64,000 nt of DNA from Candidatus Eiseniibacteriota bacterium (GCA_041483195.1 JBGPFC010000014.1:1-64000), one strand, 5' to 3'. Counted from the stretch's first letter, positions 1 through 10,302 are shown. A program made the numbers and translations. The notes: a model not told the origin generated them from the sequence alone.

Positions 1-621
1 CAGGTTGGCGTTGCCGGCGTTGCTGATGTTGGTCAGCTCGAGCGTGCCGTTGTTGGTGAAGGCGCTCGCTACGGTCAGGGTCGAAGCAACGTTGTTCTCG
101 GACTCGACCCTGAGCGTCGAGCCCGTGCCCGAAGTGTAGGCGCCGGTCCAGGTCCCGCCGCGCTGGACGTGGAGCGTGGAGTCGTTCGTGATCGGAAGGC
201 CGACCGTCGTCGAGAACAGCCGGCTCGTCGCGCCGTCGTGGGTCAAGCTGCCTGCGCCGTTCAGCGTGCTCGACGAGAAATCGAGCGAGCCGTTCGCCGA
301 GACGACGAAGGCCCCGTTCACCGTGATCGTGCGAGACGCAGCCAATAGTGTCTGAGTCCCGCTTGCAGCACCGAGCGCGAGGCTGGCCACGGCGGGGCTC
401 GTGTTGATCGTGACCGTGTAGCTGCCGTCGAGATCGATCACGACGCTATCGATTGCGGTGGGTACTTGCGCGGGAGACCAGTTGGCGGCCGTGTTCCAGT
501 TTCCGCCGCTCGCGTTGTCCCAATGGATGATGCTGGCGAGCGACGCGCCGGGGAGCGCGAGCGCGGCGAGCAGGAGCGACAGGACCGGAACGGCCCGGCG
601 GATGAAGGGCACCCAGGGCAT
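1..621 (-). CDS. Secreted beta-helix/autotransporter-passenger-like protein, N-terminal part (runs off window)
   Basis: Manual translation from ATG 621: MPWVPFIRRAVPVLSLLLAALALPGASLA signal peptide, then WDNASGGNWNTAANWSPAQVP motif and Thr/Gly/Asn-rich beta repeats; open to position 1. Confidence 0.75.
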   Translation of the reverse strand, partial: MPWVPFIRRAVPVLSLLLAALALPGASLASIIHWDNASGGNWNTAANWSPAQVPTAIDSVVIDLDGSYTVTINTSPAVASLALGAASGTQTLLAASRTITVNGAFVVSANGSLDFSSSTLNGAGSLTHDGATSRLFSTTVGLPITNDSTLHVQRGGTWTGAYTSGTGSTLRVESENNVASTLTVASAFTNNGTLELTNISNAGNANL

Positions 622-855
622 GGAGCGGCTTCCGAGCCCACAGCGACCGATGCGAATTGCTCTCCCGTACCGTCTACGAGCCTAATCTTCCTCGCAGCCG
701 CTGACCAAGGACTTTCTCCCTCATCTCCCACCCGCCGGCGCGCGCCCATTGGCACTCCGCGTTCAGGGGGGCGCCCACTGCTGCTCGATCCATCCGAGCA
801 TGGGGGCACGAGGGTACAATTGGGCTCGTGCGAAAGCGGGACGCGCGCGGGCGGA

Positions 856-948
856 GAACTGAATCGGCAGCCCGTCGGCCAGGAACGGCTGCGGCCCGTT
901 CTGGAGATGGTAATGAAGGTGAGGTTCGGTGGTAATGCCCGAGTTGCC
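856..948 (-). pseudogene. M23 metallopeptidase C-terminal remnant
   Basis: GNSGITTEPHLHYHLQNGPQPFLADGLPIQF resembles the M23 GNSGxSxxPHLH motif; no upstream HxxxD portion visible. Confidence 0.5.
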
Positions 949-1075
949 GGTGGCGTGCGCGGGATCCATCTGCCCCGGCACCTGGTCGGGCAGGCCACTG
1001 GGCCGGAGAGGTTCAATCGCTTGCACTTTCGCGGGAATCGACTCGCCGAGGCGTCCGAGCGTTTCCTGGATCAGC

Positions 1076-1579
1076 TCAGCCGTCTCGCTTGCGCATCCAG
1101 ACACCCCACGTGACTCGCCCCGCTTCCTTGTCCGTCACCGGGCGGCCCGTCACCTTGAGGGCCAGCTTGATCTGGCCGTGGTGGTAGCCCTCGTGCCAGA
1201 TCATGTGCTGAAGGAGAAGGATGGGATGGTCGTAGTGGAGGTTCATGTCCTGGCCTGCTTCCACCCGGCCCGCGATCGCGTCACGCACCGCATTGGCGCT
1301 TTCGTTCAGCATTTGTGCGATGCGATCGGGGTCGCGCTCGTCCACCCATTCGTTCTCGGGCAGGTCTCTGGCGAACTCGGGGGCATCCTCGGAGATGAAC
1401 GCAAGTCGTACATAGTGGATGTGCGTGAACAGCTCCGCGACAGACGGGCTGCCCGCCATCGCCCTGGCCGCGAGCCCGCCCTCCGGGAGGGCACGAAGCA
1501 GGTTGAGAAGGATGGTGTTGTTCCGGTCCCAGGAGTCCAGCAGGGCCTCGAGCAGGCTCGGGCCGCGCATCATTGGCAT
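1076..1579 (-). CDS. DinB/YfiT-family four-helix metalloprotein
   Basis: 167 aa, SVAELFTHIHYVR and HMIWHEGYHHGQI His pattern typical of DinB. Confidence 0.8.
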   Translation of the reverse strand: MPMMRGPSLLEALLDSWDRNNTILLNLLRALPEGGLAARAMAGSPSVAELFTHIHYVRLAFISEDAPEFARDLPENEWVDERDPDRIAQMLNESANAVRDAIAGRVEAGQDMNLHYDHPILLLQHMIWHEGYHHGQIKLALKVTGRPVTDKEAGRVTWGVWMRKRDG

Positions 1580-1998
1580 TATGACCTCACGAGATACTCG
1601 CTCACGAGGATCACTCCTCGAACCCGATCTTCATCAGAAACGCCGCCCATCGCGCCATCCCGCAGCAGGTCGTCCGTCCAGCGCGGGCCGCGCGTCAGCC
1701 GGCGCGCCAGCGTTTCACCTTCGAGAAGCTCCATCACCAGGAAGTCGAGTCCCTCCTGCTGCCCGATGTCGTACAGGGTGCAGATGTGAGGGTGATGGAG
1801 CTGCGAGATGGTGCGCGCCTCGCGCTCGAACCGCGCGCGCACCTCGGGGTCCGCCGTGAGGTGACTGCGGAGCACCTTGAGCGCGACCTCGCGACCGAGT
1901 CGCGTGTCGCGCGCGCGATACACCTCGCCCATCCCGCCCGCGCCAAGCGGCGCGACGATCTCGTAGGGGCCGAGGCGAGTGCCGGGGGTCAGCGGCAT
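1579..1998 (-). pseudogene. Truncated Hanks-type Ser/Thr kinase (N-lobe only)
   Basis: LGAGGMGEVY, VALK, FEREA, HPHI, LVMELLEG present; lacks HRD and DFG, ends after ~115 homologous residues. Confidence 0.85.
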
Positions 1999-2037
1999 CG
2001 CGGGAATGTGCCATAGACGGCGGGGGGGTTAGAAGGA
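1976..2037. repeat. Direct repeat copy 1 of kinase 5' end/upstream region (copy 2 at 19006-19066)
   Basis: cgagtgccgggggtcagcggcatcgcgggaatgtgccatagacggcgggggggttagaagga vs cgagtgcctgcggtcagcggcatcgcgtcaatgtgccatagacaccgggcggttagaagga. Confidence 0.85.
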
Positions 2038-2443
2038 CTCGTGTCGCAGGTCGCCATGAGCGAGCCCGCATGCTCCAGCGTCGGGTAGCGGAGCAATCTT
2101 CGCAAGACCGGACCGAGTCCTACGTCGGCAGATCGTGGCATCGACCTGTTCGAACTGGAGGGTCAAGGACCGAGAGCCACCTTGCTTGGCCAAGAATCTG
2201 TTCACAATTCTCGCCGAGGCAATCTCTCGTCCCAACTGGTGGGCCACTTGCGTCCGTCTTCGAACCTGGCTGTTCGAATCCACGGACTTCTACCTGCCGG
2301 ATGTGAAGGTGGAGGCGGCCCATGAGGGCAGTGTGACGGAGAGCCCCTCAGATGCTTACCGGGACGCGCGCTCCGCGCGCGAGGCGTCCCGTGGGTATTG
2401 ACGCTAGCTCACGATTGCCGCAGGCTTCAGACGAGAATCTCGT

Positions 2444-5400
2444 ATGAGCGAAACACAACCACCACGAGGATTTCGGTTCGACGATCCACGCCAAGCGCGG
2501 ATCTTTGAACGACTACGCCGCCTGATAGGTGAAGGCCCGGCACAGTTCTTTCGTGATGCCTGCCACCTAAGGAGTGACCACTCCACGCTTGATGCGCGAT
2601 CGCACCTCGCGGCCCATGCCCTGCGAGAGGTTGAGAGCGCAGTCCGCGAAGTGCTCGAACCATTCGAGGATGGGACCCCAGTTCCAAAGGGCACAGAGAA
2701 CTCAAACAAGAAGTCGATCATGAAGGTGTGCCGCGGCCTACAAGTCCCAGACGATGACCCGCTGGTACCGGAATGGCTGGGGCTCACGGGAAAGGACAAC
2801 CCTGACGCCCTGCACAACCGCGCCCATCGTCACGACCTTCGTCCGCCCCGTCCCGTGGATGGGCCATTTGCGAGATGGTTCGATCGCGTCTTGACGATTT
2901 TCGACGTTGTACTTGAAAGGGCAGAAGCAAGGTACTCGGTCGTCTTCCTTGCTTTGGAGGCCTTGGTCGTGAAGGCCACCCCCGACCCCGGCGATGTCGA
3001 TTCGATCCGGCGGCGGGTGCCAAGCACTCCACTTACCCATGGGTACTTCTTCGAGCGCCTCGAGCACGCGGACTGGCTTGAACCACTAGCCAAGGCCGGC
3101 CTTCTGACGCTCGTTCCGCCCCTCGATAGGAATGAAGAAGAGGGCACTATTGGATTCCCGCCCTGGCCTGCCAAGCCTTACCTCTTGCGCATGGCACAGA
3201 CCGGGGATCGAGCGATCCAAGAGTCAGTGGTTCGTATCCTGAAGACGTTACCGGAGACAGACAATACCCGTGTGCACGCTGACGTGGCTGAGATCGGCAC
3301 GGTGTTGCCAGCCGATCTCGCGAAGCAGCTAGTAGACTTTGTCGATCGCGGTCTTCGAGAGCCATACCATCTCGGGCTACCACACCAGGCGGCGCCGTTC
3401 ATCGTCCATCTGGCAGAGTCGGGGAGTCTCGAGAAGGCCACAAGTCTCACGAAGACCCTCTTTGAGGTACTGCCTGATCCGACGCCGCCGAAGACCATTG
3501 GCGACATGACCTATGCGCCAACCGCACGAGCTCGGATGCAGGACGTGTTCTACAGACACGAGCTGGAGAAGGTAGCGCCCGCACTCACTGCTGCCGACCC
3601 CTGCAAGGCTGCAAGAACGTTTGCTGGCCTGCTGGCTCAAGCCGTACAGCACTCCTTCACGGATGGTGGAGACGGGAGAAACTCCCACTCACACGTATGG
3701 TGGCCGGCGATCGACGGCGGAGGCCAGCGACTTGATGAGCCGCGTGAGCACCTGCTCGATGCCCTGCTTAGTGCAGTCGATGAGTGTGCCGGGCAGGGTC
3801 CCGAGCACGTCCGTGACTTGGTGCGAATGCTGGAAGATCACGGTTGGCTTGTGTTCAAGCGTGTTGCCCAGCACTTGCTCTCGGCGGATGACGCTCCTGC
3901 GGATCTCGCGGACGCGATGGCCACAGATCTCAAGCTGCATGACGAGCCCGAGACAAGGGCGGAACACACCACGCTGCTGAGGAAACGATTGCCACACCTC
4001 GATGAGGCTCAGCGTGACAGGGTGCTTGCCCGCCTCACGGCTGGACCCGATCCGGCTGAGCAACGACAGAGCCTGGAGTCGTGGTTGGGCCGGAGCGTAT
4101 CCGACGAGGAAGTAGAGAAGGACATTAGGCGCCGAAGGTTCATTGAGCTGAGGACTTTGGACGGACTGCTACCGTCCGAGCTCCAGGCCAAGTTCGAAGC
4201 CCTAGCCGCAGAGTTCAGGGCGGAGGAAGCGCCACCTCTTCCCGCCGCCGGCTGGGGTGATCGAAGTCCGAAGAACTCAGACGAACTCCTGGGGCTCTCC
4301 GACCACGATCTCTTGGCCTACCTGAGAGACGTGAAACTCGGCCACGATCCGTTTGGGCCGTCCATGGAGGGCCTCGGCGACTCTCTGGCGGACGCGGCCT
4401 CACGCGAACCTGAGCGACTCTCTCGGATTGCCGCCGAGTTCATCGGCCTGGACCCCTCCCTTGTGTCTGGCCTCCTGCGCGGTCTCGAGGTGGCCGCGAA
4501 GGCAATGAAGACGGTGGCGTGGGAAGAGGTGCTGAGACTGTGTCGTTGGGTGGTGGATCAGCCGCGCGAGATTCCGGGTCGCAAGACGAGGTACGCAGAC
4601 TTGGATCCAGGGTGGGCCTGGACGCGGCGGCAGATCGCATCGCTGCTGCTGCAGGCTCTCCAGGACGAGCCCGGCGCAATCGATATCTCCCTCCGAAATG
4701 AGCTGTGGCCTGTGATCGCCGTGCTTCTGACGGATCCCGACCCCGAGCCTTCGCGCACTCGAGAGGATGATCCGCTTACGACCGCGTTGAATAGCGTGCG
4801 CGGCGAGGCGATCAGGACTGTCATGGCTTACGGCCTTTGGGTCCGTCGCGCCCTTACGGAATTCAAGACCTTCGAGAAGATGTCTGAGGTCAAGGAAGCG
4901 CTTGAAGCTCACTTGGACCCGACCGTCGACTCGTCACCGGCGATTCGCGCGGTGTATGGCGAACTCCTAGCCCTCCTCTACCATCTTGACGAGCCATGGC
5001 TACGCGCAAACCTCAAGAAGATCTTCCCCGATGACCCGGCGCTAGCCAACCTGCGCAGGGCGGCATGGGAGAGTCACGTGCGGTACCGGGACCCGCTGGT
5101 GCCGATGCTCCGAGAGCTGGACCCCGAGTACAGGAGAGCTATCGAGGTGGCACAGCACGAAATTGAGGCCGACAAGAAGCCCGAGTCCGCAGCGCGTCGT
5201 CTCACAGAACACATCATGATCCTGGGGTGGCAGGGCAACGTGCCGCTCGACGACCCCAACGGACTGGTGGCGACCTTTTTCCGACGGGCGCCCCAACCCT
5301 TGCGTGCACATGCGATGGAATTCGTTGGCCGATCTCTCATGAACACCGAAGGGCCAGTTGCGAAGGATGCGCTTGCTCGCGTGATCCGCCTGTGGGACCT

Positions 5401-5800
5401 GCGGCTTGAGTTCGCCCGCACCGCTCCGGTTGAGTCTGTACGAGACGAGCTCGCCGCATTCGGGTGGTGGTTTGCCTCGAAGAAGTTCGAGAAGAGCTGG
5501 GCGCTTGCTCAACTAAGAGAGGCGCTCGGCATCGCTGGGGACGTCGATTGGGAACATCAGGTCATCGAGACGCTAGCGGAATGGGCCGACTCGTCTGCGG
5601 CTGCGTGCGTTGAGTGTCTCGATCTGATCATGCAGCGAGAGCGCGAGCGATGGGGTCTCGACCTGTCCCTGGCGCCGGCTCGGAAGGTGCTGGAATCAGC
5701 CTGGAAATCAGACGATCCAGCAGCGCAGCGACGCGCTCGTGACGTCGTGAACCGCTTAGCCTCCCGTGGCTACCACGGATTCAGGGACCTGCTCGGCTGA
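2444..5800 (+). CDS. Large helical-repeat protein with N-terminal HEPN-like domain; candidate anti-phage defence protein
   Basis: 1118 aa; N-terminal SHLAAHALREVE...LHNRAH; long alpha-solenoid-like remainder with TTALNSVRGEAI; located in the accessory region. Confidence 0.55.
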   Translation: MSETQPPRGFRFDDPRQARIFERLRRLIGEGPAQFFRDACHLRSDHSTLDARSHLAAHALREVESAVREVLEPFEDGTPVPKGTENSNKKSIMKVCRGLQVPDDDPLVPEWLGLTGKDNPDALHNRAHRHDLRPPRPVDGPFARWFDRVLTIFDVVLERAEARYSVVFLALEALVVKATPDPGDVDSIRRRVPSTPLTHGYFFERLEHADWLEPLAKAGLLTLVPPLDRNEEEGTIGFPPWPAKPYLLRMAQTGDRAIQESVVRILKTLPETDNTRVHADVAEIGTVLPADLAKQLVDFVDRGLREPYHLGLPHQAAPFIVHLAESGSLEKATSLTKTLFEVLPDPTPPKTIGDMTYAPTARARMQDVFYRHELEKVAPALTAADPCKAARTFAGLLAQAVQHSFTDGGDGRNSHSHVWWPAIDGGGQRLDEPREHLLDALLSAVDECAGQGPEHVRDLVRMLEDHGWLVFKRVAQHLLSADDAPADLADAMATDLKLHDEPETRAEHTTLLRKRLPHLDEAQRDRVLARLTAGPDPAEQRQSLESWLGRSVSDEEVEKDIRRRRFIELRTLDGLLPSELQAKFEALAAEFRAEEAPPLPAAGWGDRSPKNSDELLGLSDHDLLAYLRDVKLGHDPFGPSMEGLGDSLADAASREPERLSRIAAEFIGLDPSLVSGLLRGLEVAAKAMKTVAWEEVLRLCRWVVDQPREIPGRKTRYADLDPGWAWTRRQIASLLLQALQDEPGAIDISLRNELWPVIAVLLTDPDPEPSRTREDDPLTTALNSVRGEAIRTVMAYGLWVRRALTEFKTFEKMSEVKEALEAHLDPTVDSSPAIRAVYGELLALLYHLDEPWLRANLKKIFPDDPALANLRRAAWESHVRYRDPLVPMLRELDPEYRRAIEVAQHEIEADKKPESAARRLTEHIMILGWQGNVPLDDPNGLVATFFRRAPQPLRAHAMEFVGRSLMNTEGPVAKDALARVIRLWDLRLEFARTAPVESVRDELAAFGWWFASKKFEKSWALAQLREALGIAGDVDWEHQVIETLAEWADSSAAACVECLDLIMQRERERWGLDLSLAPARKVLESAWKSDDPAAQRRARDVVNRLASRGYHGFRDLLG

Positions 5801-5974
5801 TCGGCCGGCCTCCTCTTGGTCTCCTCTTCAACGACCTCTCCCCTCGCAGCCTCTCTCACCACCACTTCATCAGAATCCTTCGCGTAGCGCTGCGTCGTGA
5901 CGATGTTCGCGTGTCCGAGAATTTGCTGCAGCGCCGCGAGACTCCCGCCTCGTCCCAGCCCCTGACACGCCAAG
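5800..5974 (-). pseudogene. Tyrosine integrase C-terminal tail fragment (copy 1)
   Basis: LACQGLGRGGSLAALQQILGHANIVTTQRYAK; homologous to 11009-11563. Confidence 0.85.
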
Positions 5975-6714
5975 GGGCACTCCCTTGTCGCGCACGTGCC
6001 CCACCTAGCAGCGCGCGCATGTCCCCTCGTGTCCCGCCCTGTCCAGCCTCTTTGAGTCTTGTTTACCAGAGCCAAGACGCTCAGCCGGTGAGAATCTGTT
6101 GCTCAATCGCCGCCATGAATTCTGCCTTGCTACGGTAGTGCGCAGTCTCCGCAATCGCATGAAGAATCGCCAACCGCACCTCATTAACGAGCTCTCTGAC
6201 CACCTCCATCTCGCGCTTCGATCGTCCGTGATGAAGGTACAAGCTCCGCATCAAGTAACCCTTGCGGAGGTGGTCAACAATCGCTTTTCGCTCCTTGGGG
6301 TTCTGCCCCGCGAGATAGGCCAATCGCAAGCCCATCAAGGCTTGAATCGGCTCGTTTGGATCCTTCAGGAGGAGCGTCTCGGCCGCGCTGAAAGTGAACA
6401 CCAATCGGTCATCAAGGGATGACGCAGTAATGCTCTTGTCCAACACTCGCAGGGCGCTAACGCACACGCTCTCTAGTTCCGTCCGTTCGCGTTTGCCCAT
6501 CAGCGCGCCGACCCGGAGCAGGCCTGCCCCTTCGTGCAGCTTCAGATCAGCGTCGTTGATGCTCCATACCACCGCTCGTCGCTCCTCCTTTCGATTGATG
6601 TGAGTCGGCGCGTTATCGATCTCTATCAGCGCCTCAGATCCGGCTATGAACACTGGCCTTCCCCGACTTTCCCTGACACCGAGTTAGGCGTGATGATGAA
6701 CTCGGAGGTGGCGC

Positions 6715-7008
6715 ATGGGAAGGCGACGAGTGTTCAGCCGGGAGTTCAAGACCGAGGCGATCCGGCTGGTGCTGGAACGAGGTGTGACGGTGGTCCAGGC
6801 GGCCAAGGATCTCGGGGTCCACGAGAACGTCCTGGGCAAGTGGGTGCGGGACTTCAAGGCAGACCCGGAGCAGTCGTTCCCGGGTCGCGGCAAGCTGAAG
6901 CCTGACGACGCCGAAGTCGCACGGTTGCGGCGCGAGCTGGCGAAGACCAAGGCCGAGCGGGACATTCTAAAAAAAGCGATCGCCTACTTCGTGAAAGACC
7001 CGCAGTGA
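6715..7008 (+). CDS. IS3 transposase OrfA
   Basis: HTH (FSREFKTEAIRL), leucine zipper, ILKKA with A7G slippery run at ~6969-6976 whose -1 frame is open into OrfB. Confidence 0.95.
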   Translation: MGRRRVFSREFKTEAIRLVLERGVTVVQAAKDLGVHENVLGKWVRDFKADPEQSFPGRGKLKPDDAEVARLRRELAKTKAERDILKKAIAYFVKDPQ

Positions 7009-7871
7009 AGTTCGGGTTCATCGCGAAGCACCGAGGGGTCTGGCGAACGAACGAGATGTGCGGGGCGCTCGGTGTCTCGCGAGGCGGGTTCTACGAGTGG
7101 ATGCGGCGGCCCGAGAGTGCACGGGCGCACGCCGACCGCCATCTCGTGGTGCAGATCCGCACCAGCTTCGAGCAGAGCGATCGCACGTACGGTAGTCCGC
7201 GCGTGTGGCGTGACCTGCGCGAGTGGGGGCACGCGTGCGGTCGCCATCGCGTCGCCCGATTGATGCGGATCGAAGGCCTGCAAGGTCGTCGCAGGCGTCG
7301 GCGGTTGCCGTTCGATGCTGGCGTGCGGCCCGAGAACGCGATTGCGCCGAACCTCCTCGATCGCCAGTTCGAGGCGGAGGGTCCGAACCAGCGCTGGGTG
7401 GCGGACTTCACGTACCTGTGGACCGCGGAAGGCTGGCTGTTCGTCGCGGTGGTGCTCGATCTGTTCTCGCGACGCGTCGTCGGCTGGTCGATGAGCGCAC
7501 AGATGAACGCGGAGTTGGTGAGCGAGGCGTTGATGATGGCGGTCTGGCGCCGCGGCCGGCCCAGGGAGCTGTTGCATCACTCCGACCAGGGCAGTCAGTA
7601 CACGAGTGAGGCGTTCCAACGAGTGCTGGCCGAACTCGGCATCACCTGCAGCATGAGCCGCAGTGGCAACGTGTGGGACAACTCGGCGATGGAGAGCTTC
7701 TTCTCGAGCCTCAAGACCGAGCGCGTGAACCGGCGGCAATACCGGACGCGCGAGGAGGCGCGAGCCGACGTGTTCGACTACATCGAGAGGTTCTACAATC
7801 TACGTCGGCGGCATTCGACGCTGCAGTACCTGAGCCCGGTGGCGTTCGAGAACGCAGCGGGATCAGCTTAG
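7005..7871 (+). CDS. IS3 transposase OrfB (DDE)
   Basis: WVADFTY, HHSDQGSQY, DNSAMESFF motifs; GTGA overlap with orfA. Confidence 0.95.
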   Translation: MKFGFIAKHRGVWRTNEMCGALGVSRGGFYEWMRRPESARAHADRHLVVQIRTSFEQSDRTYGSPRVWRDLREWGHACGRHRVARLMRIEGLQGRRRRRRLPFDAGVRPENAIAPNLLDRQFEAEGPNQRWVADFTYLWTAEGWLFVAVVLDLFSRRVVGWSMSAQMNAELVSEALMMAVWRRGRPRELLHHSDQGSQYTSEAFQRVLAELGITCSMSRSGNVWDNSAMESFFSSLKTERVNRRQYRTREEARADVFDYIERFYNLRRRHSTLQYLSPVAFENAAGSA

Positions 7872-8703
7872 GAGCGTGTCAGGAGAACCGGGGCAAGGCC
7901 ACACGCGGCCACGGATGCCGACGTAGCATGGCGCTTCCGGCACATATGCCGCCATAGAGAACGCTCGTAGCGCTACAAGCGCACTCTCCGTTTCCTCGAG
8001 AGCCACTTCAAGTGCCCGCTGTCGATCCGCTTCCACCGTGATCACTGCGAACACATGTCCCTCATATGCGCGCCGCATCTTCGTAAGAAATGTTCCTTGC
8101 CTCTCTAACAGGGCTGGATCTGCTGGCCGAGTTCGTTGGCCGAATGCCTCGAAATGCTCTGCGTCAAACGTCCTGAACACTACGTTCGCCAGGCGCAGAT
8201 CGCGGCCAATGCGCAGATTGTCTATCGGCACGGACACTTCGCAGGGTCGAATCAGGCGCTCGACTTCGCGCAGGAGGAAGGTACTGAATCCCACCTCTGC
8301 CTCGGCATCGCCTAACGTCCGTCCCTTTAGCCAAGCGATCATCGCATTCATGATCGTGGCGCTGCCCACCTGGTCTCGTAGCTCGGCACGACCTGCGAGC
8401 GCATTCACAACCTTGTGATACGCTGGATAGCGCTCTTTCGTGAATCCGAGCCAACCCTGAGACGTGCTGAAGTATATTGCGTTTTCATTCCCCAACATGT
8501 CGCCGATGGCAAAAGATGCGAAACTGCGAATGTCGGCCGAGCGAATGCGCTCGACGCTTTCAGGCATCTCTTCGAGTTCGCGTACCTTGGCCTCGTGCTC
8601 CGCGGCCGGTGCCTTCAACAATCCAATGAGGGTCTCTGATTCTCCGTCGAAGAATCGACGCGCCCCATCAGGTAGGTCCAAGGCCATACGGCACCCTCCT
8701 CCG

Positions 8704-8880
8704 GCTACGGTCCGGCTACGGTCTCCGCGTCCTCTTACGTCTCTTACCGTCCAGCATGGCCCATCGACAGCGAGAGCCCCAACGAGTCACAACCCATTGG
8801 GGCTCATGCTAACTCCATCACGCGACGCCTGCGAATTCGTTTGGTCTCTTGAGTTCTCGTTTTCGGCCCGCGCCGCTTAG
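8704..8880. repeat. att-arm-like region (homologous to 12754-12930)
   Basis: GCTACGG x2 at 11-bp spacing, GTCY x3 at 10-bp spacing (8729/8739/8749), hairpin gagccccaa...ttggggctc, ending at TTAG core. Confidence 0.7.
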
Positions 8881-8975
8881 ATGAGATGAAGCGGCTGACC
8901 CCCAGCGTGACGTGGTACCCGTTTCCGGGGCCACTGCTTCAACGCGTCAGAGCCGCAATCGCCGGGAGGTCAGCC

Positions 8976-10016
8976 ATGGAGCATATTGGCATCGACGTCC
9001 ACAAGAACGAAAGCCAGATCTGCCGCCTCACCGAGGAGGGCGAGATCCTCCAGCAGCGCATCGCCACGCGCCGCGACCGCTTTGCCGCCGTGCTCGGCAT
9101 CCTTCCGAGGGCCCGCGTCCTGATCGAGGCCTCGACCGAGAGCGAGTGGGTCGCCCGCTGCCTCGAAGAGCTGGGCCACGAGGTGATCATCGCGGATCCG
9201 AACTTCGCGCCGATGTACGCCACCCGCAGCCGGCGCGTGAAGACCGACCGTCGTGACGCTCAGGCGTTGATGGATGCCTGCCGGCTCGGAGCCTATCGTC
9301 CCGCCCATCGCACGTCGGAGCCCCAGCGACGGGTGCGTACGCTGCTCGCGGTGCGCGACAACCTCGTGCGCACTCGTGTGCGTCAGGTCCAACTGCTCCG
9401 CGCGCTGTTGCGCCGCGAAGGCCTGCGTCCGCGCAGTGGCCAAGTCTCGAGCTTCACCAAGCGCCTGGAGGAGGTCGAGCCGCCGCCGTGGCTGCGCGAC
9501 CTCATCGCGCCAGTGCCAGTCGTCATGGAGGCGCTCAACCGGGAGATGGTGCGGGTCGAGCAGGCGATCGTGGATATCGTGCGGGAGGATCCGGTGGTTC
9601 AGCGGTTGTGCACGACGCCGGGCATCGGCCCGGTGACGGCGGTGGCGTTCGTCTCGACGCTCGATCAGGTCGAACGGTTCGAGGGCGCCCACAAGGTCCA
9701 GGCCTACATCGGACTCGTGCCGTCCGAGTTCAGCTCGGGCGAGCGCCGCCAGCGCGGAGCGATCACCAAGACGGGCAACACACGCCTGCGATGGCTGCTG
9801 GTCGAGGCCGCCTGGTCCGTCCTGCGATCGCAGCCTCCACGCACCCAGGAGCTGAGGCGCTGGACCCAGGCCATCGCCGTGCGCCGCGGTCAGCGCATCG
9901 CCATCGTCGCGCTCGCGCGCAAGCTCGCGGGGATCCTGTACGCGATGTGGCGGGACGGGACTGCGTTCGGCGACAAGTCGGCGTCCGCGGCACGAGCGCC
10001 GGCGTGCGTCGCGTGA
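8976..10016 (+). CDS. IS110-family DEDD recombinase/transposase
   Basis: GGAGGT RBS then MEHIGIDVHK, IEAS, KTDRRDA, PGIGPVTA, FSSGER motifs. Confidence 0.95.
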   Translation: MEHIGIDVHKNESQICRLTEEGEILQQRIATRRDRFAAVLGILPRARVLIEASTESEWVARCLEELGHEVIIADPNFAPMYATRSRRVKTDRRDAQALMDACRLGAYRPAHRTSEPQRRVRTLLAVRDNLVRTRVRQVQLLRALLRREGLRPRSGQVSSFTKRLEEVEPPPWLRDLIAPVPVVMEALNREMVRVEQAIVDIVREDPVVQRLCTTPGIGPVTAVAFVSTLDQVERFEGAHKVQAYIGLVPSEFSSGERRQRGAITKTGNTRLRWLLVEAAWSVLRSQPPRTQELRRWTQAIAVRRGQRIAIVALARKLAGILYAMWRDGTAFGDKSASAARAPACVA

Positions 10017-10039
10017 AGGCCTGAGACCATCACCCCTTG

Positions 10040-10200
10040 GCGACGTTCACGAACTGGGGCGGATGAGCGCGTAGTTTCCTATGGCTGCCGTTGAGGCCGT
10101 TCATTAGATAGCGCCTCCGCCCCATCGCACGATCCTCTTGCGCCGGCAGCCAGCGCGGTGCCACTAACGAGCGCGGACAGAAGGGTGAGGAACCTCGCCG
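10040..10200 (+). ncRNA. Putative bridge/seek RNA of the IS1111-type element (boundaries approximate)
   Basis: Stem tggggcgga/tccgcccca enclosing internal loop with GTTTCCTA and TTAG (target match); second loop with TCCTCTT and ACAGAAG (donor-junction match). Confidence 0.7.
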
Positions 10201-10302
10201 AGGACAACGTTACGGACGCACGACAGCAGGAGGATGATGAAACCATCCACCCATCCCGAGAGCACAACACATCGCACTTGCCCGGGGGCGCCGCTTCACA
10301 GA

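Larger units (their letters stand above)
6654..7901 (+). mobile_element. IS3-family insertion sequence (1248 bp)
   Basis: TG...CA ends, IRs tggccttccccgactttccctgacac / gtgtcaggagaaccggggcaaggcca, 3-bp TSD CAC at 6651-6653 and 7902-7904. Confidence 0.95.
6081..8687 (-). pseudogene. ApeA-like HEPN-domain protein (~451 aa when restored) interrupted by IS3
   Basis: Removing IS 6654-7901 plus one CAC duplication joins ...GIRGRV to FIAGSE... in frame; C-terminal SAAETLLL...RSLYLHHG (RxxxxH) motif. Confidence 0.8.

Noticed and set aside
2272..2281. GTTCGAATCC T-loop-like motif as the missing tRNA 3' half
   Set aside because: Flanks do not form a T-stem, and it is on the opposite strand to the tRNA halves
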